From assembly GCA_964622705.1 (NCBI GenBank), contig CAZUSH010000005.1, forward strand, positions 11,389-75,388: 64,000 bases of DNA, in the 5' to 3' direction. Shown piece after piece: positions 29,575 to 38,873 of the stretch. The notes under the pieces are model-generated. The model made no database searches. It was given only the letters and a program-made list of their open reading frames with translations, and was not told the DNA's origin. A program made the translations under genes and the position numbers. Numbering within the stretch: position 1 is the first letter of the stretch; each line of letters opens with the position of its first letter. Source of the stretch: an uncultured Geobacter sp. (lineage in GTDB: Bacteria; Desulfobacterota; Desulfuromonadia; Geobacterales; Pseudopelobacteraceae).

Positions 29575-29618
29575 TTGTATTGTCCCTGACCTGCGCTACA
29601 CTTGCAGACATATTGCAA
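29575..29618 (+). promoter_or_regulatory. Putative promoter and operator at the head of the sensor array
   Basis: TTGTAT-16 nt-TACACT immediately followed by inverted repeat TTGCA-N7-TGCAA (29602-29618). Confidence 0.45.
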
Positions 29619-29699
29619 CGGGCAACGACAGCGTTCAAATGAGTTCCGGCTGAACGGAGCCGTCCCCAAACTGCTACGCTCAGGAGCTGGAGAACGGTT

Positions 29700-30611
29700 A
29701 TGGCCCACAGCATGGTGGTGATAGCGGTACTGTTCCTGCTGGGTCTACTGTCCGGCTGTACCAGAGAGCCGGATATTCAAGGACCCCGGGTTGGAACAAA
29801 GCTCCCCGGCGCCGGGAAGCCGGTTTTCAGTTTCGCGGTCCATCCTCTGCATAATCCCGCCAAATTGATTGCGGCGTACCAGCCTCTGATTGACTACCTG
29901 AACAGCAACATGCAGGGCGCACACCTGAGCCTGGAGGCGTCACGGGATTACGCCAGCTTTGAACAGAAATACCTGGCCCGGAAACCCGCCTTCATCCTCC
30001 CCAACCCCTGGCAGACGCTGCAGGCTGAAAAGGCCGGGTACCACGTCATTGCCATGGCGGGGGAACCAGGCGATTTTACGGGCATCTTTATCGTGCGCCG
30101 TGATAGCGGCATCAAGACCCCGGCCGACCTGAAAGGGAAGGCGGTCAGTTATCCCTCCCCCTCGGCCCTGGCGGCCTGCATCATGCCGCAGTATTTTCTG
30201 CATACCCACGGTATCGACGTCACGAAAGCGATTGAAAACCGCTACGTAGGCTCCCAGGAATCCTCCATCATGAATGTCTATCTGGGCAAGACCGCTGCCG
30301 GCGCCACCTGGCCGGTGCCGTGGCGCGCCTTTCAGCGGGAGCATCCCGCAGAGGCCGCACAGCTGAAGATGCTTTGGGAAACGGAGCCGCTGATCAATAA
30401 CTCGGTCATGGCGCGCAATGACATGCCGCCTCAGCTGGTCGCACAGGTGCAACAGTTGCTGCTTAATCTGGAACAGGCGCCCGGCGGCAAGGCGATTCTG
30501 CTTGGGATGGAAACCGCGCGGTTTCTGCCCGCCGATAATGCGCGTTATGAGCTGGTACGCGCCTATGTTGCCCGTTTTGAACGGAACGTGCGACCGGTGG
30601 AGGCGCCTTGA
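29700..30611 (+). CDS. PhnD-like periplasmic substrate-binding lipoprotein (orphan)
   Basis: Lipobox LLSGC; FAVHP, DLKGKAVSYPSPSALAA, YVGSQESS. Confidence 0.88.
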   Translation: MAHSMVVIAVLFLLGLLSGCTREPDIQGPRVGTKLPGAGKPVFSFAVHPLHNPAKLIAAYQPLIDYLNSNMQGAHLSLEASRDYASFEQKYLARKPAFILPNPWQTLQAEKAGYHVIAMAGEPGDFTGIFIVRRDSGIKTPADLKGKAVSYPSPSALAACIMPQYFLHTHGIDVTKAIENRYVGSQESSIMNVYLGKTAAGATWPVPWRAFQREHPAEAAQLKMLWETEPLINNSVMARNDMPPQLVAQVQQLLLNLEQAPGGKAILLGMETARFLPADNARYELVRAYVARFERNVRPVEAP

Positions 30612-33448
30612 TGCTCACTACCCTGTATCGATTGCTGACCAAGACCCTGCGGGGTCGGCTGATCATTGGTGTTGCGCTGGTGCATGCGTTCATGATGGCG
30701 CTGTTCGTCGCCGACCTGACCAAACGTCAGCGTGCCATGCTGCTGGAGCACCAGGCCGATCATGCGATATCCCTGTCGCAGACCCTGGCCACTTCCGCGG
30801 CTGGCTGGATCGCTGCCGACGATATTGCCGGGTTGCAAGAACTGGTAGAGGTGCAACGGCGCTATCCTGATCTTGTTTTTGCCCTGCTGACCGACCGGCA
30901 AGGGCTGGTGCTGGCGGATACGGACAGCGCCAGGCGGGGACTCTACCTGCAGGATCTTTCCGGAGAGGTCCGCCAGCAGGTCTTCTCCCGCAGCGGGGCA
31001 CTGGTGGACGTGGCGACTCCGGCGTTCATCGGAGGACGGCACGTCGGCTGGGCGCGGGTCGGTATCGGCCAGAAAAAGGTTGGGCAGGAACTGGCTGCCA
31101 TCACCAGGAACGGTATAGGCTATGCCGTAGCGGCCATCCTGCTTGGCTCCGTCATCGCCTGGTTCATGGGGACACGGATCAGCAGGCGGCTCTATGCCGT
31201 GCAAAAGACCATTGACCGCATCGGATCAGGCGAGCGGACGGCCCGTACGCTGCTGGACGGAGTGGATGAAGCCGCTGTCATGGCGCGGGAGTTCAACGCC
31301 ATGCTGGACCAGCTGGACGAACGCGATGCCGAACTGCGGAGCAGTGAAGAACGCTACCGCTCGCTGATCCGAAAGGTACCGGCGGCAATCGTCCTGCATG
31401 ACGGGCAGGGCAGGATTCTGGACAGCAATCCGTTGGCCGGGGAGCTGCTGGGACTTTCCGCCGACCAACTCGTCGGCAGAGAACTGATCGATCCCCAGTG
31501 GCACTTTCTCCGTGAGGACGGTTCACTCCTGCCGGTGGATCAGCTGCCGGCAGCACAGGTTATCGCAACGCGGCAGGCGATCAGCAATCTGATCGCCGGT
31601 ATCCGGCGCCCTGACCGGGACCAGCTTGCCTGGGTGCTGATCAGTGCTGAACCTGAATTTGATGCGTCCGGTGACGTTCGGCGCGTCATCGTTTCGTTCA
31701 TCGACATCTCCGAGCGTAAACGGACGGAGCAGCAGCGGCTGGGCAACCTGCCCTTTTTTGAGAGCATGGATCGGATCAACCGTGTGCTGCAAGGAACCGC
31801 CGACCTTGAAGAGATGCTGGATGCCGTGCTTGATGCCGTACTTTCGGCCTTCGGCTGCGACCGGGCCTTCCTGCAGCACCCGTGCGACCCTGCTGCGCCG
31901 TCTTGGCTCGTAGCGGCGGAACGTTGCCGCCCCGGTTATCCGGGGATGTCGGAACCGGGGCAGGAAATGCCGATAACTCCGGAGGTAGCCGAAACAGTTC
32001 AAATCATGCTGGATGCCGACGGACCGGTCTGTTTCGGTCCGGGCAGCTCCTATCCGCTTCCTGCTGACACGGCTAAACGTCTCGGCTTCAAGAGCTTCAT
32101 GGCCATAGCCATCCGCCCCAGAAGCGGCGCAGTCTGGCTGTTCGGCATCCACCAGTGCTCCTACGCCCGCACCTGGACCGAAGGGGAACAACGGCTTTTT
32201 CAGGAAATCGGCAGACGACTGGCCGACAGCATGAGCACGCTGCTGATCTGCCGGACCCTGCAAGAGAGCCAGGAACGCTATCGCCTGGTGTTTGAAAACT
32301 CGCCGGTCTCAATCTGGGAAGAGGACTTTTCCGAGGTGCGGGTCTTCTTCGACATGCTTCGAGCCGGGGGCATTGAAGATATTGCGGCCTACTTCGATCA
32401 GCACCCCGAGGAGGTGGCACACTGTGCCGAAAAGGCGCGTATTGTCGACCTCAACCGCAGTACTGTGCTGTTACATGGCGCCGACAGCAAGGAGACGTTG
32501 CTTGCCGGATTGGTCCAGACCTTTACCCCGGACTCCTTTGACGCCTTCCGGCAGGAACTGATCTGTCTCTGGAACGGCGATACCCGGATGGTACGGGATG
32601 CCGAGGTCAAGACCCTTGCAGGGGAGCCGCGGCAGGTAACCGTGCACTTCTCAGTCTGCCCGGGCTATGAGCAGAGCCTTGCCAAGGTGCTGGTATCGTT
32701 GGTGGATGTTACTGAGCGCAAACGGGCTGAGGAGGAGGTTCGCCTGAATCTGGCGCAACAGATGGCGCTACTGGATGTCTATCAAAAGATGCCTACAGCG
32801 CAAGTGCCTGAAATAATATCGTTTGTCGTGGATAAGTGTGTCAGCCTGACCGAAAGCATGATCGGTTTTGTCGGGATTATCAGTGACGACGACAGCTTCA
32901 TGGAGGCCCATTTGTGGTCTGCCCGGGTCATGGAGAGCTGCCCCATCGATAAACCGCTCCGCTTCCCGCTCAGCGATGCCGGACTCTGGGCCGGACCGGT
33001 CAGACAACGCCGTGTCGTCACCGTCAACGACTATGCGGCAGACAATCCGCTGAAAAAGGGCTATCCGGCGGGGCACCTCTCGCTGACCCGTTTCATGGGG
33101 GTGCCGCTGATCGACAATGGCCGGGTTGCGGCGGTTGCCGCTGTAGCGAACAAGCACGAGCCCTACGACGATGCTGACCACTACAAGATCTCGTTGATGC
33201 TGAAGGGGATGTGGGACATCATGAAGCGGAAGATGGCCGAAGAAGCGCTGCACACGCTCAACGAAGAGCTTGAGCAGCGGGTTCGGTTACGCACCGCCGA
33301 GCTGGCCGAAAAACATGATGAGCTGCAGCGGATGAACAAGATGTTTGTCGGTCGGGAGCTGCGGATGGTGGAGCTGAAGGAACGGGTCAGGGAGCTGGAG
33401 GCAGGCGCAGGCATGCCTCCAGCCGCCGTTGCAGGAGGTTCCAAATGA
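30611..33448 (+). CDS. Sensor-only protein 1: TM-periplasmic-TM-HAMP-PAS-GAF-PAS-GAF + 'VGREL' cap; no kinase domain
   Basis: HAMP (DEAAVMAREFNAM), PAS/PAC (SFIDISERK, VDVTERK), two GAFs; ends MNKMFVGRELRMVELKERVRELE; no H/N/G boxes. Confidence 0.88.
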   Translation: MLTTLYRLLTKTLRGRLIIGVALVHAFMMALFVADLTKRQRAMLLEHQADHAISLSQTLATSAAGWIAADDIAGLQELVEVQRRYPDLVFALLTDRQGLVLADTDSARRGLYLQDLSGEVRQQVFSRSGALVDVATPAFIGGRHVGWARVGIGQKKVGQELAAITRNGIGYAVAAILLGSVIAWFMGTRISRRLYAVQKTIDRIGSGERTARTLLDGVDEAAVMAREFNAMLDQLDERDAELRSSEERYRSLIRKVPAAIVLHDGQGRILDSNPLAGELLGLSADQLVGRELIDPQWHFLREDGSLLPVDQLPAAQVIATRQAISNLIAGIRRPDRDQLAWVLISAEPEFDASGDVRRVIVSFIDISERKRTEQQRLGNLPFFESMDRINRVLQGTADLEEMLDAVLDAVLSAFGCDRAFLQHPCDPAAPSWLVAAERCRPGYPGMSEPGQEMPITPEVAETVQIMLDADGPVCFGPGSSYPLPADTAKRLGFKSFMAIAIRPRSGAVWLFGIHQCSYARTWTEGEQRLFQEIGRRLADSMSTLLICRTLQESQERYRLVFENSPVSIWEEDFSEVRVFFDMLRAGGIEDIAAYFDQHPEEVAHCAEKARIVDLNRSTVLLHGADSKETLLAGLVQTFTPDSFDAFRQELICLWNGDTRMVRDAEVKTLAGEPRQVTVHFSVCPGYEQSLAKVLVSLVDVTERKRAEEEVRLNLAQQMALLDVYQKMPTAQVPEIISFVVDKCVSLTESMIGFVGIISDDDSFMEAHLWSARVMESCPIDKPLRFPLSDAGLWAGPVRQRRVVTVNDYAADNPLKKGYPAGHLSLTRFMGVPLIDNGRVAAVAAVANKHEPYDDADHYKISLMLKGMWDIMKRKMAEEALHTLNEELEQRVRLRTAELAEKHDELQRMNKMFVGRELRMVELKERVRELEAGAGMPPAAVAGGSK
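33260..33401 (+). repeat. VGREL cap copy 1 (142 bp)
   Basis: Near-identical to 37597-37738; colinear with the other four copies. Confidence 0.9.
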
Positions 33449-35781
33449 GCGTTGACAGACTCATTTTCAGGCACCACACAATGGGTATGCTCGGGCTGTT
33501 GTTCATGCTTACGCCGGCACCCGGCCAGGCAGCCGAGTTGGCCGACATGGATATTGCCGAACTGGTGAACGTGCGGGTGACTCCCTTTGACGTTTCGGCC
33601 CATCTGGACTGCGGCTACCGTGCTTCCAACTCCGTATCGGGGTCTCGATTTGACACCCCGATACGGGATCTGCCTTTTGCCATCCAGGCCTTTACCGAAG
33701 AGTTCATCAAGGACCAGAAGCCGGTGAACATCTTTGATGTGGCACGGTATTCACCGGGTGTTACCTACCGCAGCAATGACTTTAACGAAGGCAATGCCAA
33801 CGTGGCCATTCGCGGCTTTGCGGTCAGTTCCACTCCCGGTAACGTCCAGATCCTGCGCGACGGCTTCCATGGCCCCTCGATCTTCGATTTCACCAACATC
33901 TCCCGGGTGGAGGTGGTCAAGGGACCTGCCTCGTTCCTCTACGGCCAAGTTGCTCCCGGTGGTGTTGTCAATGTGATTACCAAGAATCCGCAACCGGTTT
34001 TTGCCGCAACCGCCGAGTCCCGCTACGGTTCTTACGGCCAGTATCGTTTTGAAGGGGACGTGACCGGTCCGGCAACCAAAACTCTCTTCTACCGGCTCGC
34101 GAGCTCCTATGACCAGGATAGTCATTACTGGAACCCCTACGATGCACATTCCTGGGACGTTGCGCCCTCGCTGCTCTGGCAACCCAATGACCGCCTGAGC
34201 GTATCGCTCAAATATGAGACCTTTCAGAAGCTGGAAACACCGCAGTTGATGCAGAAGCCGGGTTACAACACCCAGGCCGGTGTTGTGCCGACAGCAAGCG
34301 ATCCCAATCTGTCCGGGGTTGATGTGCCGGGATTGCCGGATACCTGGAACAGCATGTCCTATGCCGATTTTCGAAGAAGCGAGACCCATGCCTTCAGCAG
34401 TTGGATTGACTTCAAGGCCGGCTCGCACTGGAACCTGCGGGCCGGTTATTCGCACCTGGAGTACGAGATCGACGCGCTCTTCTCCGGCAACCTTGGTATG
34501 GCCAACAACAGCACATTTCTGCAGGGACGCCGCTTCAGGCGTCAGACATACAACAATCAGGACGATACGGTTCAGTTGGATGGCGTTGGAGCCTACAACC
34601 TTACCTGGAGCAATTTACGCCTGCTCTTTGGTGGACAGTATGTCGATAGACGTTTTGACAGTCGTGCCGGCCAGGCTCCCAACGACCCGGCTCTTGGCAG
34701 CAATCCCACGGCCTCGCCGCTGCCGCTCTGGGATTTGCGAGATCCTTCTACCTGGAACCGAGTGGTAACCATCCCGCTTTCTGCGCTGACAGAGAACAGG
34801 TCTGACAACTCACTCGCGGCGACGGACATGTCGGTTTACGGCGGGATAAACTGGAGTTTCCTGAATGACCGCTTGCTGGTGCTTGCCGGTCTGCGCCTGA
34901 CGGCAACGGAAAGCCGCCTTACGAATCAGCTGACCGGCCAATCCCAACCCAGGATCACTGCAAACGCGCTTACTCCGCAATACGGCTTGCTCTACAAGGT
35001 TACACCGGGGCTCTCACTGTTTGCCTCCTATGCCGAATCGTTCGTACCCGGCACACAATTGCTCAATACGATTGACGGGAACACCAGGGCCGCCGAACCG
35101 ACCAGGGGATGGGGCTACGACGCCGGTCTCAAGGCGGATCTGTTCGACGGCCGTGTCTCCGGCACGCTCACCTGGTTCGATATTCGCAACCAGAACATTG
35201 TCAACGACCTTGCCGTGACAAACTCGTCCGGCTCCGTGGTTATCTACAACGTACAAAGTGGCGAACAGCGCTCCAGCGGCGTTGAGCTTGACGTCACGAT
35301 CACGGCAACGGACAACTGGCAGCTCTATCTTTCCTACAGTTACATGGATGCAAAAATAACGGAATTCAGCGGAAACGACGCTGCTATCCTTGCCCAGAAT
35401 CCTGCCACCCTGGATGCCGCAGGATTGGCCAACTACAAAAACGTGAAACGGTTCCATAACGCCCCATTACAGATGAGCGCTCCCCATCTGGTCAACTTCT
35501 GGACCCGCTACAACTTTAGTGAGAGTACCCTCACAGGGGCCTACGTGGGTGGCGGCATCAACTTTGTCTGCGATCAGACCCTGCTGCCCGATACCCCGGA
35601 GTCGGCACACCAAACCTATGTCCTGGTCAATGCGCTGGCCGGTTACGCATGGAAGTGGGGAGGCCACAGACTTAATCTGGAATTGACGGGAAAAAACCTA
35701 GCCGACGAGCAGTACCGGCCATCGCAAAGTTCACGCAGCCGTCCCCGTGAATTCCTGCTGACACTTACCGCCAGGTTCTGA
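33445..35781 (+). CDS. TonB-dependent outer-membrane receptor
   Basis: Plug (IRGF, VEVVKGPASFLYG), barrel ending LTARF; N-terminal DMDIAELVNV motif. Confidence 0.92.
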   Translation: MSVDRLIFRHHTMGMLGLLFMLTPAPGQAAELADMDIAELVNVRVTPFDVSAHLDCGYRASNSVSGSRFDTPIRDLPFAIQAFTEEFIKDQKPVNIFDVARYSPGVTYRSNDFNEGNANVAIRGFAVSSTPGNVQILRDGFHGPSIFDFTNISRVEVVKGPASFLYGQVAPGGVVNVITKNPQPVFAATAESRYGSYGQYRFEGDVTGPATKTLFYRLASSYDQDSHYWNPYDAHSWDVAPSLLWQPNDRLSVSLKYETFQKLETPQLMQKPGYNTQAGVVPTASDPNLSGVDVPGLPDTWNSMSYADFRRSETHAFSSWIDFKAGSHWNLRAGYSHLEYEIDALFSGNLGMANNSTFLQGRRFRRQTYNNQDDTVQLDGVGAYNLTWSNLRLLFGGQYVDRRFDSRAGQAPNDPALGSNPTASPLPLWDLRDPSTWNRVVTIPLSALTENRSDNSLAATDMSVYGGINWSFLNDRLLVLAGLRLTATESRLTNQLTGQSQPRITANALTPQYGLLYKVTPGLSLFASYAESFVPGTQLLNTIDGNTRAAEPTRGWGYDAGLKADLFDGRVSGTLTWFDIRNQNIVNDLAVTNSSGSVVIYNVQSGEQRSSGVELDVTITATDNWQLYLSYSYMDAKITEFSGNDAAILAQNPATLDAAGLANYKNVKRFHNAPLQMSAPHLVNFWTRYNFSESTLTGAYVGGGINFVCDQTLLPDTPESAHQTYVLVNALAGYAWKWGGHRLNLELTGKNLADEQYRPSQSSRSRPREFLLTLTARF

Positions 35782-35848
35782 GATGCTGTTAAGAGCTACC
35801 GTACATAGGCCAGTGAAGCCGGGCTGCTGCGCAGCAGAAGACGGCGAC

Positions 35849-36469
35849 ATGCGGCATGCTTCCGCGCCGCTGAGTATCCGGCAGCAGATTGGCCCGCTGC
35901 TGCGGCGCTACGCTCCAGCCATGTTGTTAGTCCTGTTTTACCTGTATTGCCTTGCAAGTCCGGCAATCGGTCAAGAGTTTGCCAAAGCTGACCCGATCAG
36001 GATTGAAGCGGCGATTTTACGCAATTTTGCCCGCTACGTCACCTGGCCGCACCATGCCTTCAAAGATACTCATCTGGCTTGGCGTATCTGCATCCTCGGG
36101 GATGATCCATTTGGCCAGGTACTGGAAAAGACCTTTGAAGGACGTACGGAACAGGGACGTTCGTTTCAGGTATTCCGGGCAGAGACGCTGGAAGAACTAC
36201 CGCCGTGCCAGATCGTCTTTATCGCCTATCAAGACGCTGCAAAACGCCGTGCGGTCCTGGAACTGCTTAAGAAGCAACCGGTCCTGACCGTGAGTGCTGC
36301 CCCTGACTTTTTGCAAGAAGGGGGGATCATCCGCTTCAAGGTCACAGATCGGGTGGAGATGAGCGTCAACCTTGATCAGGCCCGCTCCTCCTCGCTGAAG
36401 ATTCAAACCAAGATGCTTGAGGTTTCCCGTGAAGTGCTGGAGAACGGAATCGTACGGAGGTTGAGATGA
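35849..36469 (+). CDS. YfiR/DUF4154-family periplasmic protein
   Basis: IEAAILRNFARYVTWP, ICILGDDPFG, CQIVFI, PVLTVS, GGIIRF, VNL; start uncertain (35783 possible). Confidence 0.9.
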   Translation: MRHASAPLSIRQQIGPLLRRYAPAMLLVLFYLYCLASPAIGQEFAKADPIRIEAAILRNFARYVTWPHHAFKDTHLAWRICILGDDPFGQVLEKTFEGRTEQGRSFQVFRAETLEELPPCQIVFIAYQDAAKRRAVLELLKKQPVLTVSAAPDFLQEGGIIRFKVTDRVEMSVNLDQARSSSLKIQTKMLEVSREVLENGIVRRLR

Positions 36470-37770
36470 TCCGGCTTCACGGCATGAGCATACACAACAG
36501 GCTGACATTTGCACTCTGGTGCGCTGCGCTCTTTGCCTTTGCCGCAGCAGGCGTGGCGTTGGCGCTGTTTGAGAACCTCACGCAGGAGGGACGTGCACGC
36601 CAGATCATGGAACCGTACGCGCAGCTCGTTTCCGCCGGGGCTGAAACGGCAATAGCCTTTCAGGACTCCGTGCGGGCTGAAGAGATTCTCACGCCACTGC
36701 GGGCCAATGCGCAGATTTTGACAGCAGAAATCGTTTTGCGGGATGGACGGATGTTAGCCCGCTACAGCAGTGCCGGTACCCCTTTGCAAGCCCAGCCGCT
36801 TAAACCGGACGGGATCCACCTGAGTCATGACACGGCGGAGCTGATACAGAGGTTGCATGACGATGCCCATCTGCGCCTTGTCATGAGCCTGGGTGAGCTT
36901 AACCGGCAGATGAGAAACATGCTGCTGCTCTTTGCCGCAGGGATGCTTGTCTTGCTGGTGGTCGTTACGTTGGGGTTGCGTGCGGCCCTGCAACGCGTCA
37001 TTGTCCAGCCCATCTCCGCCCTGGCCGAGACGGTTGAACAGGTTCGTATCAGGGCTGATTATCATCAACGTGTCCCGGTCTTCGGCAACGATGAGGTGGC
37101 ACGGCTCGGCCGGAGCTTCAACGCCATGATGGAGGCTGTTCAGGTGCGGGAAGATAATTTGCGTCAACTTGCGATCTTTCAGAGCACTATTCTGGACAAT
37201 GCGGCCTACGGCATCATTGCCACCACTACCGAAGGGGTTGTCAGCAGCTTTAACCGGGCAGCTGAACAGTTACTCGGCTACCGGGCCGATGAACTGGTCG
37301 GCAGACAGACGCCGATCTGCTGGCATGAAGCAGGGGAGCTGGCGCAGTACGCGCTTCATCTCTCCACAGAGCTGTCCGAAACGGTTCAGCCCGGATTTGA
37401 GGTGTTTACGACCCGTCCCCGGCGCAACCAGCCGGAAGAACATGAATGGACCTTTATCCGTAAGGACGGGACGCGTGTGCCGGTGTTGCTCTCTGTAACG
37501 GCATTGCGGGATGAAAACCGTCAGATCATTGGATTTGCCGGTCTGTGCTATGATCTCACGGAACGCAAACAGGCAGAGGAAGAACTCCGCCAACTGAACG
37601 AAGAGCTTGAGCAGCGGGTATGGTTACGTACCGCCGAACTGGCCGAAAAAAACGATGAGCTGCAGCGGATGAACAAGATGTTTGTCGGTCGGGAGCTGCG
37701 GATGGTGGAGCTGAAGGAACGGATCAGGGAACTGGAGGAACAGCTCCGGACAAACGGCAACGAAGCCTGA
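36466..37770 (+). CDS. Sensor-only protein 2: CHASE8-like-HAMP-PAS + VGREL cap
   Basis: AIAFQDSVRAEEILTPLRANAQI...DGRMLARY, HAMP (DEVARLGRSFNAM), PAS; ends FVGRELRMVELKERIRELE. Confidence 0.88.
   Translation: MIRLHGMSIHNRLTFALWCAALFAFAAAGVALALFENLTQEGRARQIMEPYAQLVSAGAETAIAFQDSVRAEEILTPLRANAQILTAEIVLRDGRMLARYSSAGTPLQAQPLKPDGIHLSHDTAELIQRLHDDAHLRLVMSLGELNRQMRNMLLLFAAGMLVLLVVVTLGLRAALQRVIVQPISALAETVEQVRIRADYHQRVPVFGNDEVARLGRSFNAMMEAVQVREDNLRQLAIFQSTILDNAAYGIIATTTEGVVSSFNRAAEQLLGYRADELVGRQTPICWHEAGELAQYALHLSTELSETVQPGFEVFTTRPRRNQPEEHEWTFIRKDGTRVPVLLSVTALRDENRQIIGFAGLCYDLTERKQAEEELRQLNEELEQRVWLRTAELAEKNDELQRMNKMFVGRELRMVELKERIRELEEQLRTNGNEA
37597..37738 (+). repeat. VGREL cap copy 2
   Basis: Only about ten mismatches to copy 1 by manual comparison. 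Confidence 0.9.
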
Positions 37771-37785
37771 AAGGAGATACCTCGG

Positions 37786-38838
37786 ATGCGCATAATCAGA
37801 CTGCTGGCTATCGGCGGACTTATAACGGCAGGTATGGCCGGATCGGCATGGGGTAAGGAGTTCCGTGTCGGGGTGTTGTACTGGTCGGGCAACATCCCGG
37901 GCCAAGTGGCCATGAGCAAGGGGTTGGAGGCCGAGGCCCGCAGGATCAACACCGAGGCCGTTGCCAAAGGCAGGCCCACCGTCAAACTGCTGCTGCGCAC
38001 CGCCGGGGATGGCGGCAGCGGTATCGAAAGACAGATCAGCCAAATGAGGGAGCTGATTCACGACAAGGTGGACCTGCTGGTCGTGCAGCCCACTGACAAC
38101 GCTGCCCTGGCCGAGCCGCTGCGTATGGCCAACCGGGCCGGTATCCCGGTGGTGGCCTACGACCAGTATATCAGCGGCGGTACCCTGGCGGCCTACCGGA
38201 CCTCCGACAACTACCAGGCCGGTTATCTGGACGGCGAGTATATCGCCTCCCGTTTTCCCAAAGAAAAACAACTCCGCATTGTGCTGGTGGAATATCCCCA
38301 TGTCTCCTCTACGGTAGAGCGGGTTAACGGTTTCTTGGAGGCGTTGGAGCAGGCGGGGCAAAAGTACCGGGTGCTGAAGTCCTACTCGGCAGTTGAGCCG
38401 GTCGGCGGCGCAAAGGCCGGGACCGCCCTGTTGAAAGATTTTCCTGAGCGCGGTTCGATTGATGTGGTCTTTACCGTGAATGACGGCGGTGGGCTGGCCG
38501 TTGTGGACAAGCTGGCCAAGGCGGGCAGGCATGAGATCATGGTGGCCACCATCGACGGCGATCCGGCCTCGGTCAAAAATATTCGCGAGGGGCGACTGAC
38601 GGTGATCGACGCGGCTCAGTTCTGCGGTCCCCTTGGTGCCGAGGCGCTCAAGACGGCCTATGCGCTGCTCAACAAGGAAAAGACACCCTACCATGCGCTG
38701 GTACCGGTATTCCCGATTACCAGGGAGACGCTCAAGCGCTATCCCGGCTGGATGGGACCGATTCCAGCCGCCTTTGCGAAACCCTGGAAAAGTTCTGTGC
38801 AGCAGTGGCGTGGCGCCATGCGTATTGTCAAACCGTAA
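37786..38838 (+). CDS. RbsB-like sugar-binding periplasmic protein (orphan)
   Basis: Signal peptide; VDLLVVQP, GIPVVAYD, SDNYQAG, NDGGGL, IDG. Confidence 0.88.
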   Translation: MRIIRLLAIGGLITAGMAGSAWGKEFRVGVLYWSGNIPGQVAMSKGLEAEARRINTEAVAKGRPTVKLLLRTAGDGGSGIERQISQMRELIHDKVDLLVVQPTDNAALAEPLRMANRAGIPVVAYDQYISGGTLAAYRTSDNYQAGYLDGEYIASRFPKEKQLRIVLVEYPHVSSTVERVNGFLEALEQAGQKYRVLKSYSAVEPVGGAKAGTALLKDFPERGSIDVVFTVNDGGGLAVVDKLAKAGRHEIMVATIDGDPASVKNIREGRLTVIDAAQFCGPLGAEALKTAYALLNKEKTPYHALVPVFPITRETLKRYPGWMGPIPAAFAKPWKSSVQQWRGAMRIVKP

Positions 38839-38873
38839 TGATCCGTCTTTTAGGACGAGTGGAGAGGTAGGTC

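Noticed and set aside
28598-29700. tRNA-Ser as integration site for the sensor array
   Set aside because: The tRNA 3' end points away from the array; no duplicated tRNA 3' fragment and no integrase seen in the window
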